DNA of 64,000 bases from the IMG/VR virus record IMGVR_UViG_3300045988_159773. One strand, written 5' to 3'. This document shows, in pieces, positions 7,388 through 16,889 of the stretch; positions within the stretch are counted from its first letter, which is position 1; every line of letters begins with the position of its first letter. The DNA is from a virus. A model generated the notes under the pieces. The model made no database searches, was not told the DNA's origin, and saw nothing but the letters and a program-made list of their open reading frames with translations. Both the position numbers and the translations under genes were made by a program.

Positions 7388-9493
7388 CTAAAGCCAAAAA
7401 TTACTCTTTCCTTTCACCATCGTGACAACACCGCGAACGCACCGAGCCACGCGCTCAGTCGTAATATCGTAGTCCGTCGGTATGTTCTTAAACTCCTTGT
7501 TTGGGGAACGCCAGCGCATAATATCCAGAACGGTAGTCGTGCATTCTTGCAGTACCTGAATCTTGTTCTTTGCGAACCCGCCCTTGATGATGCTTGTCGA
7601 CACCAAAATGTTATCGTCTTCAAACTCGTACATACCGAACACGAATTGAGTAAGGTTGATGACTTGCTGATTGGTCGAGCAGTCATAGATAATCGTGCCT
7701 GGCTCAATCTGTTTTAAGAAGTCCGACAGCTCCGCCACAGAGGGGAACTTGTGCTCCTCGGTTACGGTGAAAATGTCCTTCGTCTGGTCGTGGCGAATTT
7801 TCAACGCGTAGTACAATCCGCCGCTCTCCGTCACGCCGAAGTAGTGATTCCAATACTCGGTATCGTGTGGCTTCTGGATAATGTTTTGGCTTGTGAACAC
7901 GCCAGAATAAATGAACATATTCTTCTGCATGAAATGCGTGATGACCAGCTGGGTGAACGCGTCGACATCGTCGTCATTCGCCACAGTAGGGAACGACATC
8001 AAGTGCCTACACAGCTCCGACACCCGCTCAGACTCAACGAACTTTACACGACCCTGCCGCAGGTACACGACCGCCAACTCAAGCCTCGCCATCTTCGATC
8101 TAGTTCCTGGCTGGAACGGAATCAAACCTGCGACCGTACCAGCAAGCATCTGCAACAGCGGCGAACCATTCGCCTTGTCTTCCACGACTTGGAATATACT
8201 CGGGTCGATGGCTTCAAGGTTGATTAAGAATTCTTGCTCTTTGCTTATCGACATCCGCTCCATCATCGCGTCGGTGATGTACAGCGTCGAGAATTCGTCC
8301 GACCAGCCCTCAACGTAACCGTGTTGGTCGCTCGTTTCCAAATCCTTGACAGGACAGTCGTGCGATGCGTAATGCGTAATCTTGTTGACAGCGGCAAAGT
8401 CTTCTTGCGTGATAGTTGCCGCATTGATGTCTTCAAGCGATACAACGTTCAAGCCAGAAAGAGCCACGTTCTGTTGGAACTGACACTCAAAGTCAATTTC
8501 GCCCAACTTCATGCGCTCAACCGAGTAGTCTCCGAAACGCTTGCCAGCCAGCGGATCACCCTTCTTGCGAAACCAGATTTTGCCCGACAGCGGGAAAATG
8601 AATGCCTCGTCCTCAGTGGCGAGAGCCTTCAAAACTGTGTTCGAATAAAGTCTGGACAGCTCTGGGTCGGACGTAATCATATCCGATACGTCCCCTTTGC
8701 AAATCCTCTGCATGATATGGCAGGTGACTCCCGTCTTCGGGTCGTTCAAACGCGTAGACTGCGTGTACCTGATGTAATCCTTTGCAGACTGCAACACCTT
8801 ACCGTCCGCACGCGCGTCCTGCACGTTGACCAAGTCATCGTTGAGGATAAAGTTAGAACCACGACCAGTAAACGACTTCATAGATGTCGAATAAGACTTG
8901 CCGAGATTTTGCATCTCCACCAGCGTCGAGCTGTCGTAACGCAAACGATACTCCTCTTCTGGGAACATCATTCTGAATTTCTCGCTATTCAGCAAAAGCC
9001 TCTTCTTGTCAATGAACTCACGCGACAGGTCTTGCGAGTGCGACACCGAAGTGGTCATAACAGGTTGGTGCATCATGCACCACACAGGTCCGCATACGTT
9101 AACGATTAAGGACTTGCCAGCACGAGGGTGAATGTTGATGTTGTGGTTTCGTACGTGCTCGCCGCGAAACATCTTATCACGCACGTCACACTTAGGCATA
9201 ATGCCCGTCTTCTTGAAGTACTTTATCTTTGCCTTCTCGTATTCAGCGTCCGAGATGAATTTTGAGGTCAGTGATTCGGGCAGTTTGTTGACCGACATAA
9301 ATACAAAGCATTCGCAAAGAAACTCAATATACGTCTCGTCCACAAACGGAAACGGCTCAAACGTGTCCCAAAAATATTTGACAAACTCGTACAAGTCCGA
9401 CATCACCAGCTCACGCATAGCGCGAATTGGCTTATACGTAATCACTCCCAAATCAGGCAATTCTTTAACTTGTCGTTGTGATGAAACTCCCAT
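7388..9493 (-). CDS. terL: terminase large subunit
   Basis: 701 aa. Walker A-like IHPRAGKS. C-terminal nuclease-type motifs VEDKANGSPLLQML and NDDDVDAFTQLV. No SD; TATACT lies 6 nt upstream of the ATG. Confidence 0.85.
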   Translation of the reverse strand: MGVSSQRQVKELPDLGVITYKPIRAMRELVMSDLYEFVKYFWDTFEPFPFVDETYIEFLCECFVFMSVNKLPESLTSKFISDAEYEKAKIKYFKKTGIMPKCDVRDKMFRGEHVRNHNINIHPRAGKSLIVNVCGPVWCMMHQPVMTTSVSHSQDLSREFIDKKRLLLNSEKFRMMFPEEEYRLRYDSSTLVEMQNLGKSYSTSMKSFTGRGSNFILNDDLVNVQDARADGKVLQSAKDYIRYTQSTRLNDPKTGVTCHIMQRICKGDVSDMITSDPELSRLYSNTVLKALATEDEAFIFPLSGKIWFRKKGDPLAGKRFGDYSVERMKLGEIDFECQFQQNVALSGLNVVSLEDINAATITQEDFAAVNKITHYASHDCPVKDLETSDQHGYVEGWSDEFSTLYITDAMMERMSISKEQEFLINLEAIDPSIFQVVEDKANGSPLLQMLAGTVAGLIPFQPGTRSKMARLELAVVYLRQGRVKFVESERVSELCRHLMSFPTVANDDDVDAFTQLVITHFMQKNMFIYSGVFTSQNIIQKPHDTEYWNHYFGVTESGGLYYALKIRHDQTKDIFTVTEEHKFPSVAELSDFLKQIEPGTIIYDCSTNQQVINLTQFVFGMYEFEDDNILVSTSIIKGGFAKNKIQVLQECTTTVLDIMRWRSPNKEFKNIPTDYDITTERVARCVRGVVTMVKGKSNFWL

Positions 9494-9504
9494 ATTCTTA
9501 GTAT

Positions 9505-9541
9505 AGAAAAACCGAACACCTCAAAGCGCTGTGTTCGGTTT
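9505..9541 (-). terminator. intrinsic terminator
   Basis: Minus strand AAACCGAACAC-AGCGCTTTGAG-GTGTTCGGTTT followed by TTCTAT. Confidence 0.6.
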
Positions 9542-9557
9542 ATAACGATTTAATATT

Positions 9558-9845
9558 TCAGTGGGGCAACCCTTCGGCTTTCGCTTTCTCACGCAACGCC
9601 CGCAACTCTCTCGCGCTCATGCCCGACAGGTCTTTGGGATACGTTGCAAAAAACTTTGCCGACTCCGCCGAGTTCGTATACGACTCACGCAAATAGGCAT
9701 CATTCTTCTTTTTCTTATAATCAAGTCGCATCAAACACCACATAAAGCTGCCATACCGCGCGACATATTGTGGATTGTAAACTGGCAAGTTCTGCTCGAC
9801 TAAGAGGTAGTACCCGTACACCTCATTGAAGTCATATTGGTTCAT
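9558..9845 (-). CDS. hypothetical protein
   Basis: 95-aa ORF with ATG start; 4-nt overlap with the upstream gene. Confidence 0.55.
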   Translation of the reverse strand: MNQYDFNEVYGYYLLVEQNLPVYNPQYVARYGSFMWCLMRLDYKKKKNDAYLRESYTNSAESAKFFATYPKDLSGMSARELRALREKAKAEGLPH

Positions 9846-10291
9846 TTCACCGAGCAGACCTCAATCACCCGCATCGCGAACTCCTTGTCCTGGATTGCCG
9901 TGATTTGAAGTCCCATCGCCCGACAGATTGCCTCCGCCACCATCATCACCTCTTCGTCAGAGAGATACGGGTCGAGCGTCGAAATGATTTTATAGTCCTG
10001 TCCATCGTGGTCGATGTAGTCAATGCACAATCTCGGGTACACGATTGCCACCGATTTGACAGGTAGAGTGTCTCCGATTATGTAACAGTCAAGACAGTCC
10101 CCGTCACCATCCAACGTTGACGGAATAAAGCCGTAGTTTGCAAAGAACGGAATGTGATGAATATTTGTGACAGGGAAAAACTGCGGAGCGTTGTTCTTTA
10201 CCTCACGCCGCACTTGTGTTCCCTTGGTCACCTCGACAACCGCCCGACAGGTGACCCCATTAAATTCATTTGGAAGTGTCAAATAATTCAT
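9842..10291 (-). CDS. inorganic pyrophosphatase (family I-like)
   Basis: 149 aa. FFANYGFIPSTLDGDGDCLDCYIIGD matches the family I PPase core (NYGFIP.T...DGDP.D). Confidence 0.7.
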   Translation of the reverse strand: MNYLTLPNEFNGVTCRAVVEVTKGTQVRREVKNNAPQFFPVTNIHHIPFFANYGFIPSTLDGDGDCLDCYIIGDTLPVKSVAIVYPRLCIDYIDHDGQDYKIISTLDPYLSDEEVMMVAEAICRAMGLQITAIQDKEFAMRVIEVCSVK

Positions 10292-10303
10292 CGTGCACCC
10301 ACA

Positions 10304-11917
10304 TTAATCAATGGCCTTTGCAACGCCAGACGAAACCTGATGCCAGCCGTTCTTGGAAAGCTCGCTCTTCAATGCCTCTGGGGTAGTTTCGTTCATCGCG
10401 TATTTGTTGTACCCGAACATCCCCTCGCGCATAGAAAACTTCTTTCCGATGTAGAAATAAAGGTTCGGGTCAATGTTCGACTGCATCACGTAAACTATGG
10501 TGTCCCTGCCTGGCTCTTTGGTGGCTACGATACCATCCTTTATCGCCGCACGAACTTTTGCCATCGCCTCAGCCGCGCTGTGAGCGCGTGTGTCGAATTT
10601 CTTGTCTCCAACGGACACACGAAACGACCTCAGCGCACCCGCTTTGTCGGCAAAGCAGTCAGAGAATTTGTCTTTGAAATTGTCAGCATAGTCTTCGGAC
10701 ATATCACAGTCCGTACTCTCGAACTTGAACTCGCCCGCTTCGCTGTCAAACACCACAGAGTCGAGCAGTTTAATCTTGCCCTGATTGATGTTCGTAACGA
10801 CCTCATCATACGACAGCCGACCGCAGACATTACCATCCGCGCCGAACTGAACGATGAACTCTCCGCTGTTGATGTCGGGGATAATGCTCTCCACTACGCA
10901 AGGCGTTCCGAAGTAACGGATACGCTGACCTACCCGCAGTTTGTGAGAATCGCCTAGAATCTCTACTCCGTCGCGAATAGAGTCGTTGACCTTACGGATG
11001 AACAGCAGTTTGCCGTCCGATCCATTCAAATACGAGTAGAGCAATTTCGTGCCAGAGAGCAACCGAACGATAACGTCCTTGCCGCGTGCTTCCACGCTCG
11101 CCCCTGGGTAGTACGAGCGCAACTCTCCGATGTTGTTGAAAGAGCTTTTCGCCTCAAAATCTTCAAACTCAGCATCAGAGATAAACATACGTACATTCCT
11201 AACTCCGTGCTTCGATGCAAAATCCTTAGCCTCCGCCAAAGAATATCCACCGTATACAGTGAGAACGTTAACGATATGTTGCTGCGTCATAGCACCGCTT
11301 GGAATACCCTTCAAATGCTCCTTGAGAACCTTGATTGTCTTATCAAAGTCCACTTTATCCTTGACGTCAATAGAGTCTCGGATGCGTGCAACACCCGCGC
11401 GACCCGCTTCGCAAAGTGCGATATGATTGCCTCGAATATTTTTCATAATATATTGCCCGTTGACCTCCTCAATATCTGCGGTATAGCCGACAGACAAATC
11501 CCGCTTCTTCTTCGTCAGAATCTCGTCAATGACCACAGGGTCGGTGGCTACGATGTCCGCCATAAGGCATCCATCGAACTCACCCACGCCGCGCCGAATG
11601 TTGGTCATAAAACCCTTTTGCAGATAGCTGACCGTCTCGGGAGTAACGTTCTCTTCGGGGTGGTCGTCTACCAGCGGCTTGTAGTTCATCGACTTCATAG
11701 AGATTGGGTCGAACACTTCCTCGGGCGAGCGGTACACCTTCACAATCTTATCAGGCGAGCCGTCTTCGATGAGTTCACTCTCACGATAGTCATAATAACC
11801 TGTACGCGCAAGAACAACGTTCTCGCATATCAGCTGACCGTTGTTGTCGCGCCACAGATTGTTGGAAATCTGCTCGCCGTAGATAGTATCTTTTATGCTG
11901 TCAGAAAATCTCCTCAT
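10304..11917 (-). CDS. DUF2213-like prohead protease/scaffold-type protein with long C-terminal extension
   Basis: ORF begins at GTG 11923; ATG at 11917 follows GAGGTGGG. The N-terminal ~180 aa (...DDHPEENV...LSVGYTADIE...NIRGNHIALCEAGRAGVARIRD) resembles DUF2213. The C-terminal part shares a domain with 19649..20518. Confidence 0.55.
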   Translation of the reverse strand: MRRFSDSIKDTIYGEQISNNLWRDNNGQLICENVVLARTGYYDYRESELIEDGSPDKIVKVYRSPEEVFDPISMKSMNYKPLVDDHPEENVTPETVSYLQKGFMTNIRRGVGEFDGCLMADIVATDPVVIDEILTKKKRDLSVGYTADIEEVNGQYIMKNIRGNHIALCEAGRAGVARIRDSIDVKDKVDFDKTIKVLKEHLKGIPSGAMTQQHIVNVLTVYGGYSLAEAKDFASKHGVRNVRMFISDAEFEDFEAKSSFNNIGELRSYYPGASVEARGKDVIVRLLSGTKLLYSYLNGSDGKLLFIRKVNDSIRDGVEILGDSHKLRVGQRIRYFGTPCVVESIIPDINSGEFIVQFGADGNVCGRLSYDEVVTNINQGKIKLLDSVVFDSEAGEFKFESTDCDMSEDYADNFKDKFSDCFADKAGALRSFRVSVGDKKFDTRAHSAAEAMAKVRAAIKDGIVATKEPGRDTIVYVMQSNIDPNLYFYIGKKFSMREGMFGYNKYAMNETTPEALKSELSKNGWHQVSSGVAKAID

Positions 11918-11929
11918 ACCCACCTCTAC

Positions 11930-12547
11930 TTATGCCTGCGTGTCCACAACAGAGATAGTAACCGTGGTGTATTTTCCATCACGCCCAAGCAAAATTGTCC
12001 TCGTCCCGTTCTCAAGCTGCAACCACAGCACGAACGAGCCAGCCGCAAGACCAACAGTGGTGGCTTCTGTCACGTCCTGTTCCGTCAGTTCCTTGCCTCC
12101 GAACGAAGTACCGATGATGGTTGATTCACCAGTAGCAATCGCGACAGCGAGCCACGCGCGAGGTCCGAGAGTAGCCTCGATCGCATCGTCCGATACGTAT
12201 TTTACGAGTTTGGAAAAATCCACCTCAATTCTGTAATTGGAATCGTCAACCTTCGACATCGTCGCTGCTGCCTGATTGATAACCGCACTGTCGTGAATCT
12301 CCGCTTCCGCAGGTATTCCGCTCGCTGGAACGACCGACAGTGCAAGAGCCGTAAACACGTCAGCTGGTGCAGAGTCGACCTCAACATTGTAAGATCCGCC
12401 GAAACGTTCATAAAATAAGGCTTCCTGTCCTTTAACCAGAACAGTCATAAAGTCCTTATCCTTAACTCCCAAATCGACGTAAGAACTCTTCATGCGGGTG
12501 AGAGTGTCACCCTCGCTACGGTCCATTTTTACGATATATTCTTTCAT
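11930..12547 (-). CDS. hypothetical structural protein
   Basis: 205-aa ORF with ATG start in the compact operon. Confidence 0.55.
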   Translation of the reverse strand: MKEYIVKMDRSEGDTLTRMKSSYVDLGVKDKDFMTVLVKGQEALFYERFGGSYNVEVDSAPADVFTALALSVVPASGIPAEAEIHDSAVINQAAATMSKVDDSNYRIEVDFSKLVKYVSDDAIEATLGPRAWLAVAIATGESTIIGTSFGGKELTEQDVTEATTVGLAAGSFVLWLQLENGTRTILLGRDGKYTTVTISVVDTQA

Positions 12548-12559
12548 GATTACCTTCCT

Positions 12560-14209
12560 TTAATTCTTAAACCGCGAAATGCCTTTTGCGATATCAGACG
12601 AAGTGGTTGGAGTTGCCGAAATGTAATTGATTTTGTCCCCGCGAGCCTCGATGACCTTACGATATTTCGCAACGGCTTCATCCTCGCTGTTGGCGTCCAC
12701 GATTACCGCTACGTTATTTCCGTAAGGGAAATCATTCGTGCAAGCCGTTACGGTGTACGCCGTGTCCTTCAAAGAGGACACCCGCTTGACAGCCGCCAGA
12801 CTGTCGGTCGCTTTGACGAGTAGAGTCTTTCCCGTTGCCTTGTCCACGACCTTGAACATCTTGGTGGAATCCTTTATCTTCCTGTACCCATTCTTCGCCA
12901 ACATTGTCTTAAACCCAGACACAGATGCCCCGTAAACATCTCCATCGCGGCTAAACTGCCACTCCACGTTGCCGCTATTCGTAATATTCGTCACAGTCAA
13001 AGTCGCTAAGCGAGCATTCTGATACTGCTGCCCCACCTTGACATCTTCACCCGCGTCCACAATCGGAGCATAGATGGTCGCGGCGTCTCTCGCCTCGATG
13101 ATTCCCTTATTCTTGTACGCTGGGTTCATCTCGAGGAACTCCTTTACCGCCGCTTCTTTGGAAACCGCCGACCACTCAGCAACCTTATACGAACCAAAAG
13201 GTCCCTTGACGTAAATTTTGAACTCCTTCTCTGTTGCATCGCCTTTATACCCGTTGGCGTACATTGCACGAGTTTGAGCCGCCGCCTCTTTCTTGGTGGC
13301 AAACTGACCGTGCGTCCCTTCTTTTCCCTTGTTGGTGTACCCAGAGCCAGACTTGACGATGTCATCTTCCATTCCGAACGAGGTCTCTGAGTCAAGCAAC
13401 TTGACCTTGCCCTCCCCAATGAGTTTCTGGAACTGTGCCTCGGTGAACTGACCGTCCACTGCCGCATTGCCGAACGGAACACCGCCGCCCCAATTGTAAA
13501 AACGGTACACGCCCTCGCGCAGTCCATTCTCGTTAGACGTGATTTCAAAACCGCGATAAGAGCGACCGCCCTCCTGATAAAGACCGTAAGGGATGCCGTC
13601 CATGCTGCGACCTTCGCCGCCGACAATCTTGCCGTCCTTCACCTCAGATGTGGAATCCAAAACAGTAAGGGTCACGCTCTTGTCCGAACGCAACTCGTAA
13701 CACCCCTTGGAATTATTCCAAACCCAGTCCTCATCGCTCATTGGATTATAATCCTCAAGTCCCTTGTAAAGCACTTCACTTCCGCGCTTCACGACAACGA
13801 GGTCGTCCTCATACTCCAAACGACGTCCATCAGCAACTTCGGTATCACTCATCTTTTTTGCCGTATATTTGAGTTTATAATACGTCTTATCCCCAGCAGA
13901 ACGTCTATCGTTTCTTCCCTTTGCACGCTCTTTTGCTTCTTCTTCAGAAAGATTTTCTACAACAAAATAATTTGTCTTTTCTCCGATAGCTCCACCAGAT
14001 TTCCAAACTCCCCATTTCTCATCAGTAAAAGCGGAGTCGCGATAGTCCACGTGCTTGCCCTCTGGCGTCTTGATGACATAGTTGGCATACTCGTTGGGAT
14101 TGCCGCCCCAACTCTTTATCATGGCTTTCGCCTCTTCCATCGAGCCAGCGACCGAACCCGTCTTCTCCATGCCGCGAGCCGAATTGATATAAATTTCAAA
14201 TTTTGCCAT
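12560..14209 (-). CDS. large multi-module hypothetical protein (virion module)
   Basis: 549-aa ORF; TAATG coupling with the upstream sheath-like gene. Confidence 0.6.
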   Translation of the reverse strand: MAKFEIYINSARGMEKTGSVAGSMEEAKAMIKSWGGNPNEYANYVIKTPEGKHVDYRDSAFTDEKWGVWKSGGAIGEKTNYFVVENLSEEEAKERAKGRNDRRSAGDKTYYKLKYTAKKMSDTEVADGRRLEYEDDLVVVKRGSEVLYKGLEDYNPMSDEDWVWNNSKGCYELRSDKSVTLTVLDSTSEVKDGKIVGGEGRSMDGIPYGLYQEGGRSYRGFEITSNENGLREGVYRFYNWGGGVPFGNAAVDGQFTEAQFQKLIGEGKVKLLDSETSFGMEDDIVKSGSGYTNKGKEGTHGQFATKKEAAAQTRAMYANGYKGDATEKEFKIYVKGPFGSYKVAEWSAVSKEAAVKEFLEMNPAYKNKGIIEARDAATIYAPIVDAGEDVKVGQQYQNARLATLTVTNITNSGNVEWQFSRDGDVYGASVSGFKTMLAKNGYRKIKDSTKMFKVVDKATGKTLLVKATDSLAAVKRVSSLKDTAYTVTACTNDFPYGNNVAVIVDANSEDEAVAKYRKVIEARGDKINYISATPTTSSDIAKGISRFKN

Positions 14210-15402
14210 TACAGTATACTCCCGTTAACCTGAATTACACGTGCGCCATGCACCGACTGAAGTGCCACATAGATATACGGAAATCTCTTTGCGCTTCGGT
14301 CAGCCGCCGAAATCGCATTGATAGGTACAAAGAACACCTTGTACCCCAGCGGCAGAATGTCGCCATTTTGAATAATGGTATACTGCTTTCCGTTGTACGA
14401 AATCTTCTTGGTCTCGCCCGTATACGTCGCATCGGTTTCCAAGAAACCGTTATCAATGTACTTGACCAGCTGAGAGCGAATGGCGTCAATCAGTTTCGAC
14501 TGCCCTTCCTGCGTCAGCGGCAGTTTGCCGAATAAGAGCTCGATGTTGGCGTAGTCGAGGTCACGCTCAATGCGCGCCGCACCGAAGTCGAGCGAGATGG
14601 AAATCTTATCAGGCGAGCAATAGTCCCCGCCGATGTTAAGAATTCTGTTCGCCACGTTTCCGATGAGATTGTAATACCCATTGTCCGCATCCTGCGTAAG
14701 CAGGGCGAAAGTCGTTTGGTCAATGTCCTCGAAGTGATTCTGACCAAGCGACTCGGGAGTAAAGTTGTAATCCTGAATGGCGTTTTCGGTGCTGGTATCA
14801 ACCTGTGAGAAGTACGCGCCGACCAGCAGAGCCGCATCGATGAGGTCACCAGAGGAAACCAAAGTCGAGTACTTCACCACCGACAGCGTCGTGTTGAGCG
14901 AGTTCGTGGTAACGAAGTCCGTCGTGTTTGCAGTAAAGCAAGCACGCATCGTGTTGAGTGATTTGTTGTCCGTCTCGCTCCATCCGTTGCCCGAACAGAA
15001 ATTTGCAATGTTGAAAATTTCCGCAGAGGAATACGCACCCGATTTCGCAGTCACGCTGTCGCTGAAAACCACAAAGAAGTAGTTGTCCACAACGCGCGTA
15101 ACCGCACGCATGTCCGCCTTGAAACCGTCCAGCGAGAATACACTCGGCGCAACGATACAGAGCGACGTGCCGCCGTTCTTAAAGTATTCAACAACGGACT
15201 GACGGATTGCCGCGCTCGTTGCTTGAATCTTGTTGTCGAAATCCTCGACCGAATTTACAATGGCAAAATTGCCGCCGCCAATTTCTGGAGTATTCACCGT
15301 AACCGATGCAAAGTACACAGTCGTCCTGAAACCAGTAAAGGTCACAGGCTGGCTGAGTACTTCTATGTTTGCGCCTACGAAATTTTTAATCGAAATGCTC
15401 AT
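14209..15402 (-). CDS. tail sheath-like protein (DUF3383-like)
   Basis: 397 aa. N-terminus MSISIKNFVGANIEVLSQPVTFTGFRTTVYFAS and overall size recall DUF3383-type sheath proteins (by eye only). Confidence 0.4.
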   Translation of the reverse strand: MSISIKNFVGANIEVLSQPVTFTGFRTTVYFASVTVNTPEIGGGNFAIVNSVEDFDNKIQATSAAIRQSVVEYFKNGGTSLCIVAPSVFSLDGFKADMRAVTRVVDNYFFVVFSDSVTAKSGAYSSAEIFNIANFCSGNGWSETDNKSLNTMRACFTANTTDFVTTNSLNTTLSVVKYSTLVSSGDLIDAALLVGAYFSQVDTSTENAIQDYNFTPESLGQNHFEDIDQTTFALLTQDADNGYYNLIGNVANRILNIGGDYCSPDKISISLDFGAARIERDLDYANIELLFGKLPLTQEGQSKLIDAIRSQLVKYIDNGFLETDATYTGETKKISYNGKQYTIIQNGDILPLGYKVFFVPINAISAADRSAKRFPYIYVALQSVHGARVIQVNGSIL

Positions 15403-15839
15403 TCGTCACCCTCCTCGAACGTTACCACGCCAGCCAAGAAATTGAACGTACGGCTGCCCACAGATTCCGAAACCGTGTTGTCGGGAATCTTGTCGGGGAA
15501 CACCCCACTGCCGTAACCCTGAATGTTACCAAGCAGGTCGGTGACCGTGATGGTGCTTTCAGCCAGATTTGGATTGGCTTCGCACCAATTTATAAACTTC
15601 GTCAACCTTGCGATTAACGAGCTGGACTGTGAAATCTGAATGTTGAAACTCCCCGTCCTATTCTTCGTATAGCCAGCAACGTAACCACCATCGGGTGAAC
15701 CCTGCATGGTGAAAGCCGCATTACCGCGCGACATCGTAACCTGACCGACAAGATGACCATTCCCGCCGACCACGATTTGCTCGTAATTTGGATTATTGAT
15801 GGTCAACGAAACCGTGGATAATGAAACTATCTTTGCCAT
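15399..15839 (-). CDS. tail tube-like protein (DUF3277-like)
   Basis: 146 aa. Adjacent to, and overlapping by 4 nt, the sheath-like gene. Pattern resemblance only. Confidence 0.35.
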   Translation of the reverse strand: MAKIVSLSTVSLTINNPNYEQIVVGGNGHLVGQVTMSRGNAAFTMQGSPDGGYVAGYTKNRTGSFNIQISQSSSLIARLTKFINWCEANPNLAESTITVTDLLGNIQGYGSGVFPDKIPDNTVSESVGSRTFNFLAGVVTFEEGDE

Positions 15840-15853
15840 AATTATCTCCTTGA

Positions 15854-15863
15854 TTAAAATAAC
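15854..15863 (-). promoter_or_regulatory. late-promoter-like motif GTTATTTTAA
   Basis: Minus strand ATGTGTTATTTTAATCAAGGAGATAATTATG. Confidence 0.45.
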
Positions 15864-15873
15864 ACATATTTTC

Positions 15874-16332
15874 TTAAGTTGTAATCAGTCCCACGAATCC
15901 TCTGTTCATGACCAGATTTACCAACCGCCGACCGTACCCAGTACCGAGCCAGTATCCAGCCCAACCGTCCTTAGCCCCCATCGGCATCGTGTAATCAATA
16001 TCATAATTATACGAAACCGCGCCAATCGTTCGGTTGGACATCACGCCGCCGACCGCAGAATCCGCATCCGTTGACTGTGCAAATTCTGGAAGAGTCTGCA
16101 CTATGAAGTGCGCGACCGCCAGACAGATTGCCTCGTCATAATCCGTTTGCAGGATATTTGCGTTCAGCCGCTCCTGACTCTTTTGAATTGCCTTGTCGAG
16201 TAGGGGTCGGAGTGACTTCTCTTTGAGTACCCACGCCAATTTAGGAATATAGATTTTGAAGTCCTCTTCGCTGAATTTTGGCGGTTCAGTGGGTGGCGGC
16301 AAGCCGTTCAAATTTCCGATGTAAAACATCAT
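15874..16332 (-). CDS. possible head-tail connector protein
   Basis: ORF 15874..16518, but ATG at 16332/16329 follows GGGAGGG and makes an ATGA overlap with the stop of 16329..16889. ...YDEAICLAVAHFIV... is reminiscent of gp6/DUF4054-type adaptors. Confidence 0.45.
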   Translation of the reverse strand: MMFYIGNLNGLPPPTEPPKFSEEDFKIYIPKLAWVLKEKSLRPLLDKAIQKSQERLNANILQTDYDEAICLAVAHFIVQTLPEFAQSTDADSAVGGVMSNRTIGAVSYNYDIDYTMPMGAKDGWAGYWLGTGYGRRLVNLVMNRGFVGLITT

Positions 16333-16889
16333 ACCCTCCCAAGCCATACGATAAAGAATGGCGTAAGCACTATCAGTGCGTAAATCAAAAGAGCCAGCAA
16401 CAGCACAAGCCACGTCTTCTTGACCACCACCCGAATCTTGTACACGAAAAACGTGATAGGAGCGACCAAGAAAAATCCGATGGTTACGATGTATAGCGTG
16501 TTGAAAAACCATGACCACGCCTTCATCAGCATCACGCTGCTCTTGTTCGTTGTTTTCTCGTCATATCCGAAGTACGAACACGCCGCCTCATTCGCTTCGA
16601 AAAACGCCTTCTTGTCCGCTTTGTCTGCTTTGCTCTTTGCAACCTTGAGGTGCGTATCAATTACAGAGTCAGCCGTCTCCAGAATCTTCTCTTTGACACC
16701 CTCGTCGGTCTGCACCTTGTGGACAATTCCTGCTTGCAATACCGTCTCAACGAGGTCAGCCGCCTTGTCCACTTCGACAGGCGGCGCGGCGGGAGTAGAG
16801 TTCTCGTCCTTCGAGAAAAAGTAGTTTGGAACCGCTGGCGTAGTTTGCGCAGTCTCCTCTTTCGGTATCAACTCATTCGGTTCACTCAT
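16329..16889 (-). CDS. membrane protein (C-terminal transmembrane helices)
   Basis: 186 aa. C-terminal WFFNTLYIVTIGFFLVAPITFFVY and WLVLLLALLIYALIVLTPFFIVWL. 4-nt overlap with the portal gene. Confidence 0.6.
   Translation of the reverse strand: MSEPNELIPKEETAQTTPAVPNYFFSKDENSTPAAPPVEVDKAADLVETVLQAGIVHKVQTDEGVKEKILETADSVIDTHLKVAKSKADKADKKAFFEANEAACSYFGYDEKTTNKSSVMLMKAWSWFFNTLYIVTIGFFLVAPITFFVYKIRVVVKKTWLVLLLALLIYALIVLTPFFIVWLGRV

Noticed and set aside
7388-9493. Additional inteins in large essential genes (terminase 701 aa, DNA polymerase 730 aa, portal, SNF2)
   Set aside because: I found no Cys/Ser-initiated Hint block A followed by a T..H block and a terminal (H/G)N+Cys/Ser/Thr. The conserved motifs of these enzymes are contiguous.
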